From Octopus sinensis (taxonomy: Eukaryota), in the NCBI RefSeq assembly GCF_006345805.1, contig NC_043019.1, forward strand, positions 28,891,360 to 28,955,359: DNA of 64,000 bases, written 5' to 3'. The translations under genes and the position numbers were made by a program. Of the stretch, positions 39,917 to 53,775 are shown piece by piece; within the stretch, counting starts at the first letter, position 1, and the number at the start of each line of letters is the position of its first letter. The notes below the pieces were generated by a model. It was not told the DNA's origin and searched no databases. It saw nothing but the letters and a program-made list of their open reading frames with translations.

Positions 39917-42900
39917 ATATGTTTGTGTGTCTGTGTGTCCCCCTACCATTGCTTGACAACTGATGCTGGTGGGCTTACGTCCCCGTCACTTAGCGGTTTG
40001 GCAAAAGAGACTGATAGAATAAGTACTGGGCTTACAAAGAATAAGTCCCGGGGTCGATTTGCTCAACTAAAGGCAGTGCTCCAGCATGGCCGCAGTTAAA
40101 TGACTGAAACAAGTAAAAGAGTAAAGAGTTACTCAACTTCCACATGTCTAAAAATGCCTGTAGGTTCAAATTCATGTTTATCATAACAAATATTTTGAAG
40201 TAGTTACTCCTGAGGATAACAGGTCTGAATCAAGCATTCCATACACAAAGCATTCCAACCAACAGTATTTTTGACATGCAGTATATTTGGCCATGTGATT
40301 TATCTTGACCAATAGAAACCTATCTCAGTATGTGCTGATGTATTGAATGCTGTATGTAAAACATTATCAGTGAATTGAAATTTGCCTTTTGGGTGAGAAA
40401 AACAAATCTAGGAACAATTATTATTGACTTTCAAAGTAAAAGATAATTTTAGGAAACTAGCTCCCCCTCACCCTACCAATTCACTGTTTGTATCCCTTCT
40501 TGTACCCACCTTCTTATATCTTGAGATATTTTGGCATCCCATCACCACCATCTCTATATCTTCTTTCAAGCAACTTCCATCCTTATATAATGTGGAATAG
40601 CCTTATGTCCCCTATACAGCAAGACACTTGTGCTTGTCCTTCTATCATCCTTGAGCTTTGCAATACTTGGCACAGACCCATTGCCCCTCCTCCCCTCTCC
40701 TCTCATTTTGTTAAGGAGACTTTTTCTTTTTTCCTTCTTTTTGTTCTTTTCTTGTCTTGTAACCCCACTAATGCCAGTAGCAAGTAAAAAACACCCAGTA
40801 CACTCAGTAAAGTGGTTGGCATTAGGAAGAGCATCCATCCAGTGGTAGAAACCATGCCAAAACTGATACTGAAGCTTGGTATGGTTTTGTGGTCCACCAG
40901 AACCTGTCAACCCATCCAACATGGAAAATGGATGTTAAATAATGATGATGATGACAACAATGATGATGAGGAGGAGGAGGAATGAATTTCATAGAAAACT
41001 TAATTTTCATTATTGGGTAAAAAAATCCAAACTGTTTTCTTAGCAGGCAAGCAAATGGTTGCAGACTTGTTTAAGTTTGATTAAACTTCGTGAGTAAAGC
41101 ATAGTCTTTTCAAAAAAGAGTTACGAATTGTTTTCCTTCTAAGCATGAATAAATTTTCTGTGAAAAGAATTTCTCATTTCTTAAAATTATCATTTTTTTT
41201 TTCTTTGAAAGCTGCTAACAATTGTTTTATACATACACCATACTAAAATTAGAATTACACAATAGTAGCAGTGCTATAGTAAAAACTTTATCAGTATAAC
41301 ATACTTCACATAAGTGTATGCTTGAAAAACCAGAAACTGCAGGTCTTTGTCTAGGCAAAAAAACCCTTTGTGAAAACATATTGTGTTGAAAAACACTAGC
41401 TAGGCAAAGCAAAATCACTCCGGAAATGACCACAAGAGCAACAAATACAGATTTCATTGTTGCTGTGGCTTCTGAATGTCACAAACTTATGTCACTTACT
41501 CTCTTTTACTTGTTTCAGTCATTTGACTATGGCCATGCAGGAGCACTGCCTTTAGTCGAGCAAATCGACCCCAGGACTTATTCTTTGGAAGCCTAGTACT
41601 TATTCTATCAGTCTCTTTTGCTGAACCGCTAAGTTACGGGGACGTAAACACACCAGCATCGGCAGTCAAGCGATGTTGAGGGGACAAACACAGACGCATA
41701 AACATATACACACGCACATACATATATATATACGACGGGCTTCTTTCAGTTTCCGTCTACCAAATCCACTCACAAGGCTTTGGTCGGCCCGAGGCTATAG
41801 TAGAAGACACTTGCCCAAGGTGCCATGCAGTGGGACTGAACCCGGAACCATGTGGTTCATAAGCAAGCTACTTACCGCACAGCCACTCCTACGCCTTCCA
41901 AAACAAGATTGAATCAGTTAATCTGAAGTTTTTTAAAATATTATATAAACTATACACAGGTTTTCAAAGGCACTGCATAAGGAGAATAAAATTCAAACAA
42001 TGAACTAGAAGCAGCTTTATAGTAAAAACTTTATGAATATAACTTACTTAATGTATATGCATCATTGGAAAGCAAGGAGCTGCAGTTTTCCGTCTGGGAA
42101 AAATCCCTTTTGTGTTTAAAAGCACAATATACTTCAGAACTAAGCAAAATGAAATTGCCCTTGAAGCAATTATATGGTACATCACCACCTATTTTGAATT
42201 ACATAAATTCAAACCAACAGTCCATTTGAGTTATTCCTCTTAGCTCATGTTTCGCAACTATACAATTTACCACTGGCCAAGACTGTCAGTAAATGTCTTT
42301 ACATTTGCTTTGCAGAATCTAACGTTCACTGATTGAATAGGTTTGAAAAGACCATGTATGGGTGTGTTTCAGGCTTATTAGACCTCTTCAGCAAAGTATG
42401 GTCTTTAAAAGTAAATCTCATACTTTGCTGAAGAGGTCTAATAAGACTGAAACACACCCATACGTGAAGTATGAAAATTAGATTTTCTCTGAAAGTAATT
42501 TATATTTCTTGAAATTATCTCTCCTTTATTTTGTGAGTTGCTGACAACTACAGCTAGGTTTTTGTTTCTCCAACTAAGAGGTAAATTCCAATTCACTGAG
42601 AAGTATTTTATGCTTGCCATTCAGTGCATCTCCACCTACCTGAATTAGGTTGGGTTTGAAGAGTACATCAGTCGTAAGTACAAGGACACACAAGTCTTAA
42701 TTTGAAAAGAATGTGTGTATTAACTAGAAGAGTATGAGCACGTGTGTGTATGTTAACCAGAAGAGCACGTGTGTTAACTGTGTGTGTGTGTGTTTGTATG
42801 TGTTTTAAGTAGAGGAATGTATATATATATATATGTGTGTGTGTGTGTTAACTGGAAAAGTATGTGCATGTGTGTGTGTGTTAACTAAGAGAGAGTATAA

Positions 42901-43787
42901 GTTTCATACATTACATATGTACAAAATTAGTTTTAACTAGAGACCACTTCAATAAAAATAAGAAACTATATTAAAAGAAAAAAGAAAAAAGATAGAATAT
43001 TGATTTTTGAGATAATAAAATATTTCAAATTGATAGAAAGTAAAAAAAAAAAAAAAAATGCTTTCTCATGTGCAGACAGTAGCTTTTTGCTTGGTTTTGG
43101 TATAGACTAAGAATTATATTTAACAGAGACTTATCAAAGAGCAGATCAAAGAGGAAAAGTAGTAATTAATCCTTCTCGTTACAAACCCACCTAACAACAT
43201 TACTGTACTAAATTGTTCTTATTTAAAAGTAAATCTCAATAAAAATCTCATTGCAACACGAGTGATATGAATGGTAACATGAAATTCCAGATGGTCAATG
43301 CCAATGTAATATAACACATACATACACACACACACAACCCATACACACACATGTGTGTGTGTGTGTCCCCGTCCATTTATGAATTAGAAGCAGCACTAGT
43401 GTTGTAAACATTATCAACTGCACATATACACAATATATGTGTTCTGCTTCTTCGCAGGCAATGCTGTGGTTCCGCATGGTGGGGATGACTCCACCAAAAT
43501 GCCAGGTGCTGAAACACTTGAAAGTCACGGACAGGTGAGACAATTCTCTCCGAGCCACAGAAAATGGTGAAATATCAGTGTCCATCACTCCTGAATGGTA
43601 ATAGGAGGTGAGTTGTCATGCTTGTCCAGCGCTTTGGGGGAAGTCATCTCTACTGTGCTGAACCACAGATGGAAACTAAAAGAAGCCCATTGCATATATA
43701 TATATATATATAAACACGTGTAGAATGAAATAAAACGATTCCTGTTCAATCTGCGTTCAGCTCCATTTCTTCAATTCACCAATAATG

Positions 43788-43833
<46 letters not shown>

Positions 43834-44917
43834 GTGTGTGTGTGTGTGGTGTGTGTGTGTGTGTGTGTGTGTATGTTAACCAGAAGAGCACGTGTGTTAA
43901 CTGTGTGTGTGTGTGTGTTTGTATGTGTTTTAAGTAGAGGAATGTATATATATATATATGTGTGTGTGTGTGTTAACTGGAAAAGTATGTGCATGTGTGT
44001 GTGTGTGTGTAAACTAAGAGAGAGTATAAGTTTCATACATTACATATGTACAAAATTAGTTTTAACTAGAGACCACTTCAATAAAAATAAGAAACTATAT
44101 TAAAAGAAAAAAGAAAAAAGATAGGAATATTGATTTTTGAGATAATAAAATATTTCAAATTGATAGAAAGTAAAAAAAAAAAAAAAAAATGCTTTCTCAT
44201 GTGCAGACAGTAGCTTTTTGCTTGGTTTTGGTATAGACTAAGAATTATATTTAACAGAGACTTATCAAAGAGCAGATCAAAGAGGAAAAGTAGTAATTAA
44301 TCCTTCTCGTTACAAACCCACCTAACAACATTACTGTACTAAATTGTTCTTATTTAAAAGTAAATCTCAATAAAAATCTCATTGCAACACGAGTGATATG
44401 AATGGTAACATGAAATTCCAGATGGTCAATGCCAATGTAATATAACACATACATACACACACACATACCCATACACACACATGTGTGTGTGTGTGTCCCC
44501 GTCCATTTATGAATTAGAAGCAGCACTAGTGTTGTAAACATTATCAACTGCACATATACACAATATATGTGTTCTGCTTCTTCGCAGGCAATGCTGTGGT
44601 TCCGCATGGTGGGGATGACTCCACCAAAATGCCAGGTGCTGAAACACTTGAAAGTCACGGACAGGTGAGACAATTCTCTCCGAGCCACAGAAAATGGTGA
44701 AATATCAGTGTCCATCACTCCTGAATGGTAATAGGAGGTGAGTTGTCATGCTTGTCCAGCGCTTGGGGGAAGTCATCTCTACTGTGCTGAACCACAGATG
44801 GAAACTAAAAGAAGCCCATTGCATATATATATATATATATAAACACGTGTAGAATGAAATAAAACGATTCCTGTTCAATCTGCGTTCAGCTCCATTTCTT
44901 CAATTCACCAATAATGT

Positions 44918-44996
<79 letters not shown>

Positions 44997-45580
44997 TTTT
45001 CTGTCTGTGTTTGTCCCCCACTACCATTTGAGAATCAGTGCTAGTGTGTTTATGTCCCCGTAACTTAGCGGTTTGGGAAAAGAGATCGATAGGATAGAAT
45101 AAGTATATCTATATATATCTATATATCAAAATCATTGTATTGACCAGACAATTAGATGTTGTAATACATCACTGGTCACAATGTGCTTCCTTGCATTGCT
45201 GTACCTTTTGAACGATGCCATCTGACTGGTTAGGCAGGCAGGCCAACATTCTCTGCTGAATGGAATGCCAGTCTGTCACGGGGTTACCTATCTACAGCTG
45301 AGTGGACTGGAGCAATGTGAAATGAGATGTTTCGATCAAGGACACAATGTATCACTGGTCAGGAAATCAAAACTATGACCTTGCGATCATGAGTGCAACA
45401 CACTAACCACTAGGCCATGTGCCTCCATACACGCACATATATATAAACACACACACACACACATATATATATACATATATGTACATATATATGCAGACAC
45501 ACATATGCATACATACATACATAAATACATACAGATATACATATACACACACATACATAAATACATACAGATATACATAT

Positions 45581-45625
<45 letters not shown>

Positions 45626-48600
45626 CATATAGGTAAACTCACCCATGTGCTTCGTTGATGTTGATCAGTTAGCTGATCGGCTTAAGCGGGCAGGGTCGTT
45701 GTTTATTATAATACATTCAGGCCTGCTGATGAATACGTAAGTATGAAATCACTGTGATACAGGTCTATATTTTTTAAATGTCTTACTTTGAAAAATTGCG
45801 TTCGGTGGGATTAGTAATATTTTTGGTAGAAATGACTAATTGTCCCTCTTAGCGTGTGGCATGTATGTATAATGCCTTCTGGCATGTAGTATAATGCCCT
45901 CTATATATAAATTAATATGTTCAATAAGAAATAATTATTTTCAAAATTTTTTCTCTTATGAGGTTTTCACGCTATCTACCTGACAATTTCTTGTTAAGTT
46001 TTCCTTATTAAGTAGTTGTCCTTAATTGCTAATTTTTATTCCGAAAAAACTTTTCCTCTCCCGAAATGCAATTCGTAAAAGTTTGCCATTTATCCGGATG
46101 TAATATATGTAAACTCACCCATGTGCTTCGTTGATGTTGATCAGTTAGCTGATCGGCTTAGCGGGGCAGGGTCGTTGTTATTTATAATACATTCAGGCCT
46201 GCTATGAATACGTAAGTATGAAATCACTGTGATACAGGTCTATATTTTTTAAATGTCTTACTTTGAAAAATTGCGTTCGGTGGGATTAGTAATTTTTGGT
46301 AGAAATGACTAATTGTCCCTCTTAGCGTGTGGCATGTATGTATAATGCCTTCTGGCATGTATGTATAATGCCCTCTATATATAAATTAATATATATACAT
46401 ATATATATAATATATATATATATATTCACATAAGAATTAAGATATAAACTCAAATTAGACAATCAACTTTTTATACATACTCATACAGTTATAAATTCGA
46501 CTTACAATGTATGTGTGTGTATGTATATATATATATGAAATAAGCCTGTCATTTGTACGTATGTCTTATCTAGTGTTGGTTTGTTTGTATTCCCTATCTT
46601 AGCTGGTTGGCAAGAGAGGCCGATAGAATAAGGACCAGGCTTGAAAAATAATTACTGGTGGTGATTTGTTTGACTGAACCCTTCAAGACGGTGATCTAGC
46701 ATGGCCACAGTCCAGTGACTGAAACAAAGTAGCAGTGTAAAAGTGTCATCACTGAATTTTGATTCGTTGTAAAATGTAACTTGAAAAACAATCTTCATAA
46801 AATAATGTAAACAAACAATAGAGAAATTTATGTAGAAAATAAGGAAAAACAGATAATTATAGGAGCTTTCAATCTAACGCTTTTAATAGCAACATACCTG
46901 AGACAGCCTCTGGTTCTATGAGACAAAAACCTTTCATTTTAATGTGTTTACATTCAAATTATAACATTCCATCTTAATTTTATTTAAGACTCCTTTTGTT
47001 GTATTCAAAATACCAACAAAATAGTGACAAAGCATTATTTTACTGAATTTCTTTAGATTATTGGTTATTTTTACAATTAAATTGAAACATATGGAGAACC
47101 GTATTTCATTAAAATTACAGTTACAAAAGGGGGTTAAAATTTACAAGCTACCAAGATCTGTCAGGTTAACAATAGAAAATTTGTTGTTTTAAAATATAAA
47201 CATCAACCCCTTTAAGCATTCAGATTACTCTGTCAAATGTAACACTTCTTTATTCACTTTGTTTTGAATTAATCATGCAGTATTACTTCATAGCTTCAAG
47301 ATGTGATTGTTTATTTTCAGGGTGACATTGTAAGGGAGGTGTGAGAAGTTGTATTTGGCTGGTTTGAACATAAAACAGGTAGAATGTTTGGGCTGGATAT
47401 GGCAGTTTAAATGCTAAACTGGTTGAAATAGTAATATTGAAATAGAAATAGTAAATATAGAAAAAAAGCCAAACAGAAAATAACGAGAAAACATTTTCAA
47501 AAAATGTCATTGCTCATCTGAAATATCATACATATATAGCATTCTGTGTTTTTTTTTTCCTATTTTGCTTGTTTCTTTTTTTTTTTCTTTGAATGAAAGC
47601 AACGAGAACAACAACACTAAATGATGCAGATTCGCATAAAACATGAACATTAACTACACAGTTAATTGGCACACACAACACACAAACGAACTGAAAGTCT
47701 CATGTTAGACACATTCAGGTGCAAAACAATTTCAAAAGAAACTAGACAGTTTAAATAAATACAGTGTCAGACACTTACCAGCTTCATTGGCTACAAGTAT
47801 AGAAATAATTGTAACAATAGAACATAACAAGATGAAGAAGATATAAACAAGTTTTAGGTCAAAGAGAAAATAAGCACACGTTCTTTAGAACTTTCAAAAC
47901 ATTCAAATGATCACAAAATTACACTTTTTCTTAAAAAAAGTTGTTTTTTCCAAAAAAAACGAAAAACATAGGTTTACATTTTATCAGAGATTATGTTGTA
48001 CTCAGGTAAATGTGATAATGTATTTCATTTTTTGTTTGATTAATGGTGTTACCAACTCACTGAAATATTTTGTAAGTGGCTGAGTATTTCATGGGCACTT
48101 GTCTATACCACTTAAAATAATCTTCAGATAAAATCATCTTCATATTTGTTGTGTGGACGCCCCCAAACAATGAAGTAGGATAGCCCAATATGTAGATATA
48201 GAGGGAGAAGTCTAGACGTCGGGAGTTGAGTAGAGGTCATCCGAACATGCGATATAACAGTGGTGATGAGGATTTCGTGGCACACACAGCCACTGTGCAG
48301 TATTGCAATATAACAATATTGTTGTTTAACAAGGACATACATATATAGTTTACTGTTCCATTATATATTGGATCAACAAAAAAAAAAAAAGGTACTCCAC
48401 CTAGTGAGAAATAAATATCATTTAATCTAGTAGTAGTAGGAATCCATTGGTCTTGAGAGGCCATGGATCTGCACCTGACGAAATTGTAACATTTAATCTA
48501 GACAGTATTTAAATAAGAGCTACTAATAGTTTCATGCCATGGAAGCATGATAATTTGGCAGGTTTATATAACATAACTTGTGTCTCCAAGAAATCCTTCA

Positions 48601-51600
48601 GGTTCAGTGCACATGAGTAGCTCTTGCTGAAAACTAGAAACCTGAAAGATTGCTTGGAGACACAAGGTGTGTTTTAGAAATCTGCCAAATTAGCATGTTT
48701 ACATGGCTTGAAACTGTTAATAGCTCTCATTTAAATACTGTGTTTATGTGTGTGTGTGTGTCTATATACACACACAGATTCATATTCAATTATAATTCAT
48801 TCTTGATGTTAAAACGGTTCCCTACTGCCATTGTTATCTCCTGTACTTATGTAAATATTAAATTAATATCAATAAATGATAAACATTGTTTTTTTCATCA
48901 CATAATTATTTCTAATTAACTTTATTTAAATGCTCATTACATCAAATATGCTATCACATTTATTTGAATACAATGCAATCTCCAATAAAATATGAACCCC
49001 AATTTTCCTAGTTAAAAATCAATAATATATATATATATATTCTTTTGAATAATGTGACCCCAAGGAACAACTGTAATTACTTATATTATCAAAAAAAAAA
49101 GTTCTTCCATAGTAAAATACACTTACAACTTGTAGAGTCCCAATCTCCTTTCACATTCTTGTGAATTTAACCAACCAACATATCCATACCTTGGTGCCAC
49201 TTATATACACCTTCCTGTAACCTGAGTGTACTCCCTATCATATCTTCATCGTCTCTCTCACTCTCCTACTGATGTAGCCATGTGTCTGTCCCTCTTCTTT
49301 TACTCTGACCTCACATCTGGCACAAAGCCACATTCCTCACTGCTATTCCCCAACTCATTTGAGGGTTTTTGCCTTGTAAATTATTTTGTGACCTCTATGC
49401 CGTGCTTGAGAAGACCCGGCAAGCCAAGTGAGACCATGACCTCGTGGCCTATGCCAGGGGCGTAACCAGCCCACTTATGCATACCCTTTTCTTTTTTGGA
49501 CACTAAACTGCTTGCGAAGACCTGTTGAGGCAAGTGAAATTGAAATCAAATTCGATGACTGGCATCCGTGCTAGCAGGGTGCAAGGAGCACCATACAAGT
49601 GTGATCGTTGACAGAGCGACTAACCGTCTTCCGTGCCAGTGGGACATAAAAGGCACCTTTCAAGTGTGACCGTTACCAGCATTGCCTTACTGGCACCTGT
49701 GCCAGTGGCATGTGTAAAAAGATTCAAGTGAGGTCATTGCCAGTACTGCCTGACTGGCCTCCGTGCAAGTGGAACATAAAAGCACCCACTACACTCTCGG
49801 AGTGGTTGGTGTTAGGAAAGGCATCCGCTGAAGAAACTCTGCCAGATCAAGATTGGAGCCTGGTGCAGCCATCTGGTTCACTAGCCTTCAGTCAAATCAT
49901 CCAACCCATGCTAGCACGGAAAGCGGACGTTAAACGATGATGATAATGATGACTGCTGCTGGTGCCACATAAAAAACCCCACCCTGCACACTCTGTAAAG
50001 TGATTGCCATTAGGAAGGACATCTAACCATAAAAAACACATCAAAGCAGACAAGTTGAGCTTGGTGCAGTCTTCCAACTTGTCAGCTCCTGTCTAACTGT
50101 CCAGACTATGCCAGCATTAAATGACGATGATGATGCTGATGGTTCTTGCTTATATTCAATAACTTTTACCCTTTTGATACCAAGCTGCTTGAAACCATCG
50201 GTGGTTCAAAGATACAAACTTCCTTTTTAAAGTGATCGAAATAAAACCTCCCTTCAAATTTTCATTTCATCATTTTAATAATGGCAAAGTAATTTTATTA
50301 AATTCTTCATTATTTTCAAAATCAATTGAAGTAAAGACAGTGTATTTTAAGAGATTTATGTAAACAAAAGAGTTAAAACCACTGAGAGCTGGCTGCAACA
50401 GTGACAGTTTTCATTGCTGCACTCTATGAAGGCTGTACAATAGTTGTTAAATGCCTCACAGTTACAACCTTCAGTTCCTTCATTTCACAAGTCTGTTTTT
50501 GTTGTTGTTGCATCTAGTACTTTTTTACCTCTAGAATTTTGTGTTAAATTTCAAAATTATTCTGTATGAATAAATACATTAGGATTATTTTCACTATGGC
50601 TTTTCATAAGGTGGGCATCTCTGAATTATTTCTGTCTGATACAACTAGTCTATGTCATTGTACATTTACTTAAAAGATTCTCTTGTAACTACTTTGTCAA
50701 GTATAATGAAAATAATGATTCACTTATGAGGTTGCAATAATACAGAAACATGTCCAGAATTATCTCCCATTCAGCTAAGAAGCTGCATTTTGTCCTAACT
50801 GCATACTTCTTTCTTGTTATATTTACCTGCTCTATAAGAGCAGATAGAGACAATATTATGTTAATGGTCATCCACACATTTTCTGTCAAGAAATTTCACT
50901 CACAAGGTTTTGGCTGATGTGAGGCTATGGAAGAAGAGAGACTTGCACCTAGGTGTCACACATTGGGAGGTCAAACCTGTAGCAACATAGCTGTGATGCA
51001 AATTTGTACACCACAAAGCTATACTTTCATGTACATCTTAACCCATTTGATACATATTTCTTTACTACCCACAAGGAGCTAAACACAGAGAGGACAAACA
51101 AGGAGAGACAGACAGATTAAGTCGATTACATCAACCCCAGTGTGTAACTGGTACTTAATTTATCGACCCCGAAAGGATAAAAGGCAAAGTGGACCTCGGC
51201 GGAATTTGAACTCAGAACGTAACGGTAGACAAAATACGGCTATGCATTTCACCCAGCGTGCTAACGTTTCTGCCAGCTCGCCGCATTTAACCCATTTGAT
51301 ACAAGTCCACCTGAGACCACCTCTAGTTCTTTGACACAAACTTACTGTTTTAAAGTGAACTAAGTTATAATCTTCCATTAAAACTTTATCTTAATTTGTT
51401 TCCGACACCAACTTGGTAATAAAGTTGTTTTACTAAGTTCTTCATTATCTTTAAAATTAATTAATTGAAACAAAGTTGTAGTACATGTCTAGAGAAATAT
51501 AGTAACAAAAAACTTAAAATGAAGTCTGTTTACCAATTTGGCGTCACTCATTGTAAAAATATCCCTGAGAAAATCACAGATGTTGGAATTTTACATGTAA

Positions 51601-52653
51601 AGGTGGGGGGTCCTTTGTTTCAGGGGTGAAAGTGGTGTGGTGGCGAAATCTAATTAAAGAAACTCAGAACCAGAAATAACTAGAAAATAAGGCACCAGAT
51701 AGAGTATAGTAAGATGTATACCTCTTAATTAGACAATAGTATTTTGCCAAACAACCTAATTTATATGTTTATAAGGTGTTATTTAGCCCAAGGTCAGCCT
51801 TAATTGAGTACAACACTAATGAAAACTGTTCCAGCTGTGACTATCCCATCTTTGTATAATAATAGGGACTACAATGTTGAATGTTTCCTTCTTTATTTAA
51901 GATGCTATGAATGTGTTGAGGAAGATTCGGTGGCTATTTCTAGCAGGCCCAGTCACCATATAGAGTATTACAGAAGTTTGACATTTAGAGAAGACAGGAA
52001 GGAGAATATATATTCCTTTACTACCCACAAGGGGCTAAACATAGAGGGGACAAACAAGGACAGACAAAGGGATTAAGTCGATTAAATCGACCCAGTGTGA
52101 AACTGGTGCTTCATTTATTGGCCCCGAGAGGATGAAAGGCAAAGTTGACCTCAGCGGAATTTGAACTCAGAACGTAACGACAGATGAAATACCGCTAAGC
52201 ATTTCACCTGGCGCGCTAACGTTTATGCTAGCTCGCCGCCTCCAGGAAGGAGAATATAGTTACTGGGAACTAAAGGACGCAGCTGTTCCAGACATTAGAG
52301 ACAGTGCTGTGAGTGAGCAGAACCGAGTGGAAATAGGTGAGAAGTATTACGAAGGTGGAGGAGTATCAATGAATACAAAAGTGGAAATAGATGGGGAGTA
52401 TCATGAAATTAAAATAGGTGAGGAGCATTTATCTGTGTGTGTGTGTATGAGAGAGAGAGAGAGGGAGAGAGAAAAAGCACATGGCTAAGTGGTTAGAGTG
52501 TTGCACTCAGAACTGCAAGGTCATGGGTTTGGTTCCCAGACTAGTGGTGTGTTATGTTCTTGAGCAAAACACTTCACTTCACATTGCTCCAGTCCACTCA
52601 GATGTAAATGGGTAACCCTGTGATTGCATATGTGAGTGTGTGTGTGTGTGTTT

Positions 52654-52692
<39 letters not shown>

Positions 52693-53674
52693 AAGGAGGG
52701 ATATAAGCTAGTTTTCCATTATTTCTATTTTATTTTATTCCTTTACTGTTTTTTTTTCCTTTTACTGTGTGAGTATTCCAGTATGGCCAGTCTACTGTCC
52801 ATTGTGGAATACCCAGCAATTTCAAAGTACCAGTTGAAACTCTATTGACCCATTCATTCTCTTGGTGCTTGTAGTAAACTAGTGCATATTTTATCAATTC
52901 TGAAAGGACAAAAGGCTAACATAACCTGTTCTGGGTTTGAATTCTGAACACAAAAGGATGGAATCAAAAAAAAAAACCACACCAGCTGTACAAAATATTT
53001 TGCCTGACACTCTACTGATTCAACCACACATTTGTTAACAACAAATTCATTACCGACTAATAAATAAATTAAAAAATGATAATAATTTAAAACCAAACAG
53101 AATAAAAAAGAAAAACAGACAGTACTTCAAAGTGAACTTACAGAATATAACATCATCCCAGTGGTTTTGACCGAGTGTTTTAGCACGACGAGCAGATTTT
53201 CTTCGAAATAAACTTGTGCTTTTCTGTTTACTCAAAGCCAGTTCTTTATCACTGAGACTTTGCTGCTGGTTAAGGGCCATTTTTTCTGCTCTGTAATAAA
53301 AAAAAAATATATAGATTATCATCATCATCGTTTAACGTCAGTTTTCCATGCTAGCATGGGTTGGACGGTTCAACTGGGGCCTGGGAAGCCAGAAGTCTGC
53401 GCCAGGCCCAGTCTGATCTGGCAGTGTTTCTACAGCTGGATGCCCTTCCTAACGCCAACCACTCCGAGAGTGTAGTGGGTGCTTTTTACGTGCCACCTGC
53501 ACAGGTGCCAGACGAGGCTGGCAAACGGCCACGATCGGATGGTACTTTTTACGTGCCACTGGCACGGGGCCAGACGATATATATATATATACATATTACT
53601 GAAGCATAATGTAAGAATTGTAAAAGTTATCAAAAATACATTTTATATAGTGCAAACACTATCTGATATACAAC

Positions 53675-53710
<36 letters not shown>

Positions 53711-53738
53711 AGCATACACATACATAGATATACGAGTT

Positions 53739-53775
<37 letters not shown>

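Larger units (their letters stand above)
45633..46392 (+). mobile_element. Retrozyme-like / Penelope-like element with two ~285 bp direct repeats, each carrying a hammerhead
   Basis: Repeats at ~45633-45918 and ~46109-46392 (offset 476 bp), ~190 bp spacer, (TA)n on both flanks. Confidence 0.65.

Noticed and set aside
45920-46135. [12 protein letters not shown] motif in the spacer of the hammerhead element, resembling the Penelope Cys linker
   Set aside because: Short, followed by a stop, with no RT or GIY-YIG motif; not enough to call a coding remnant.
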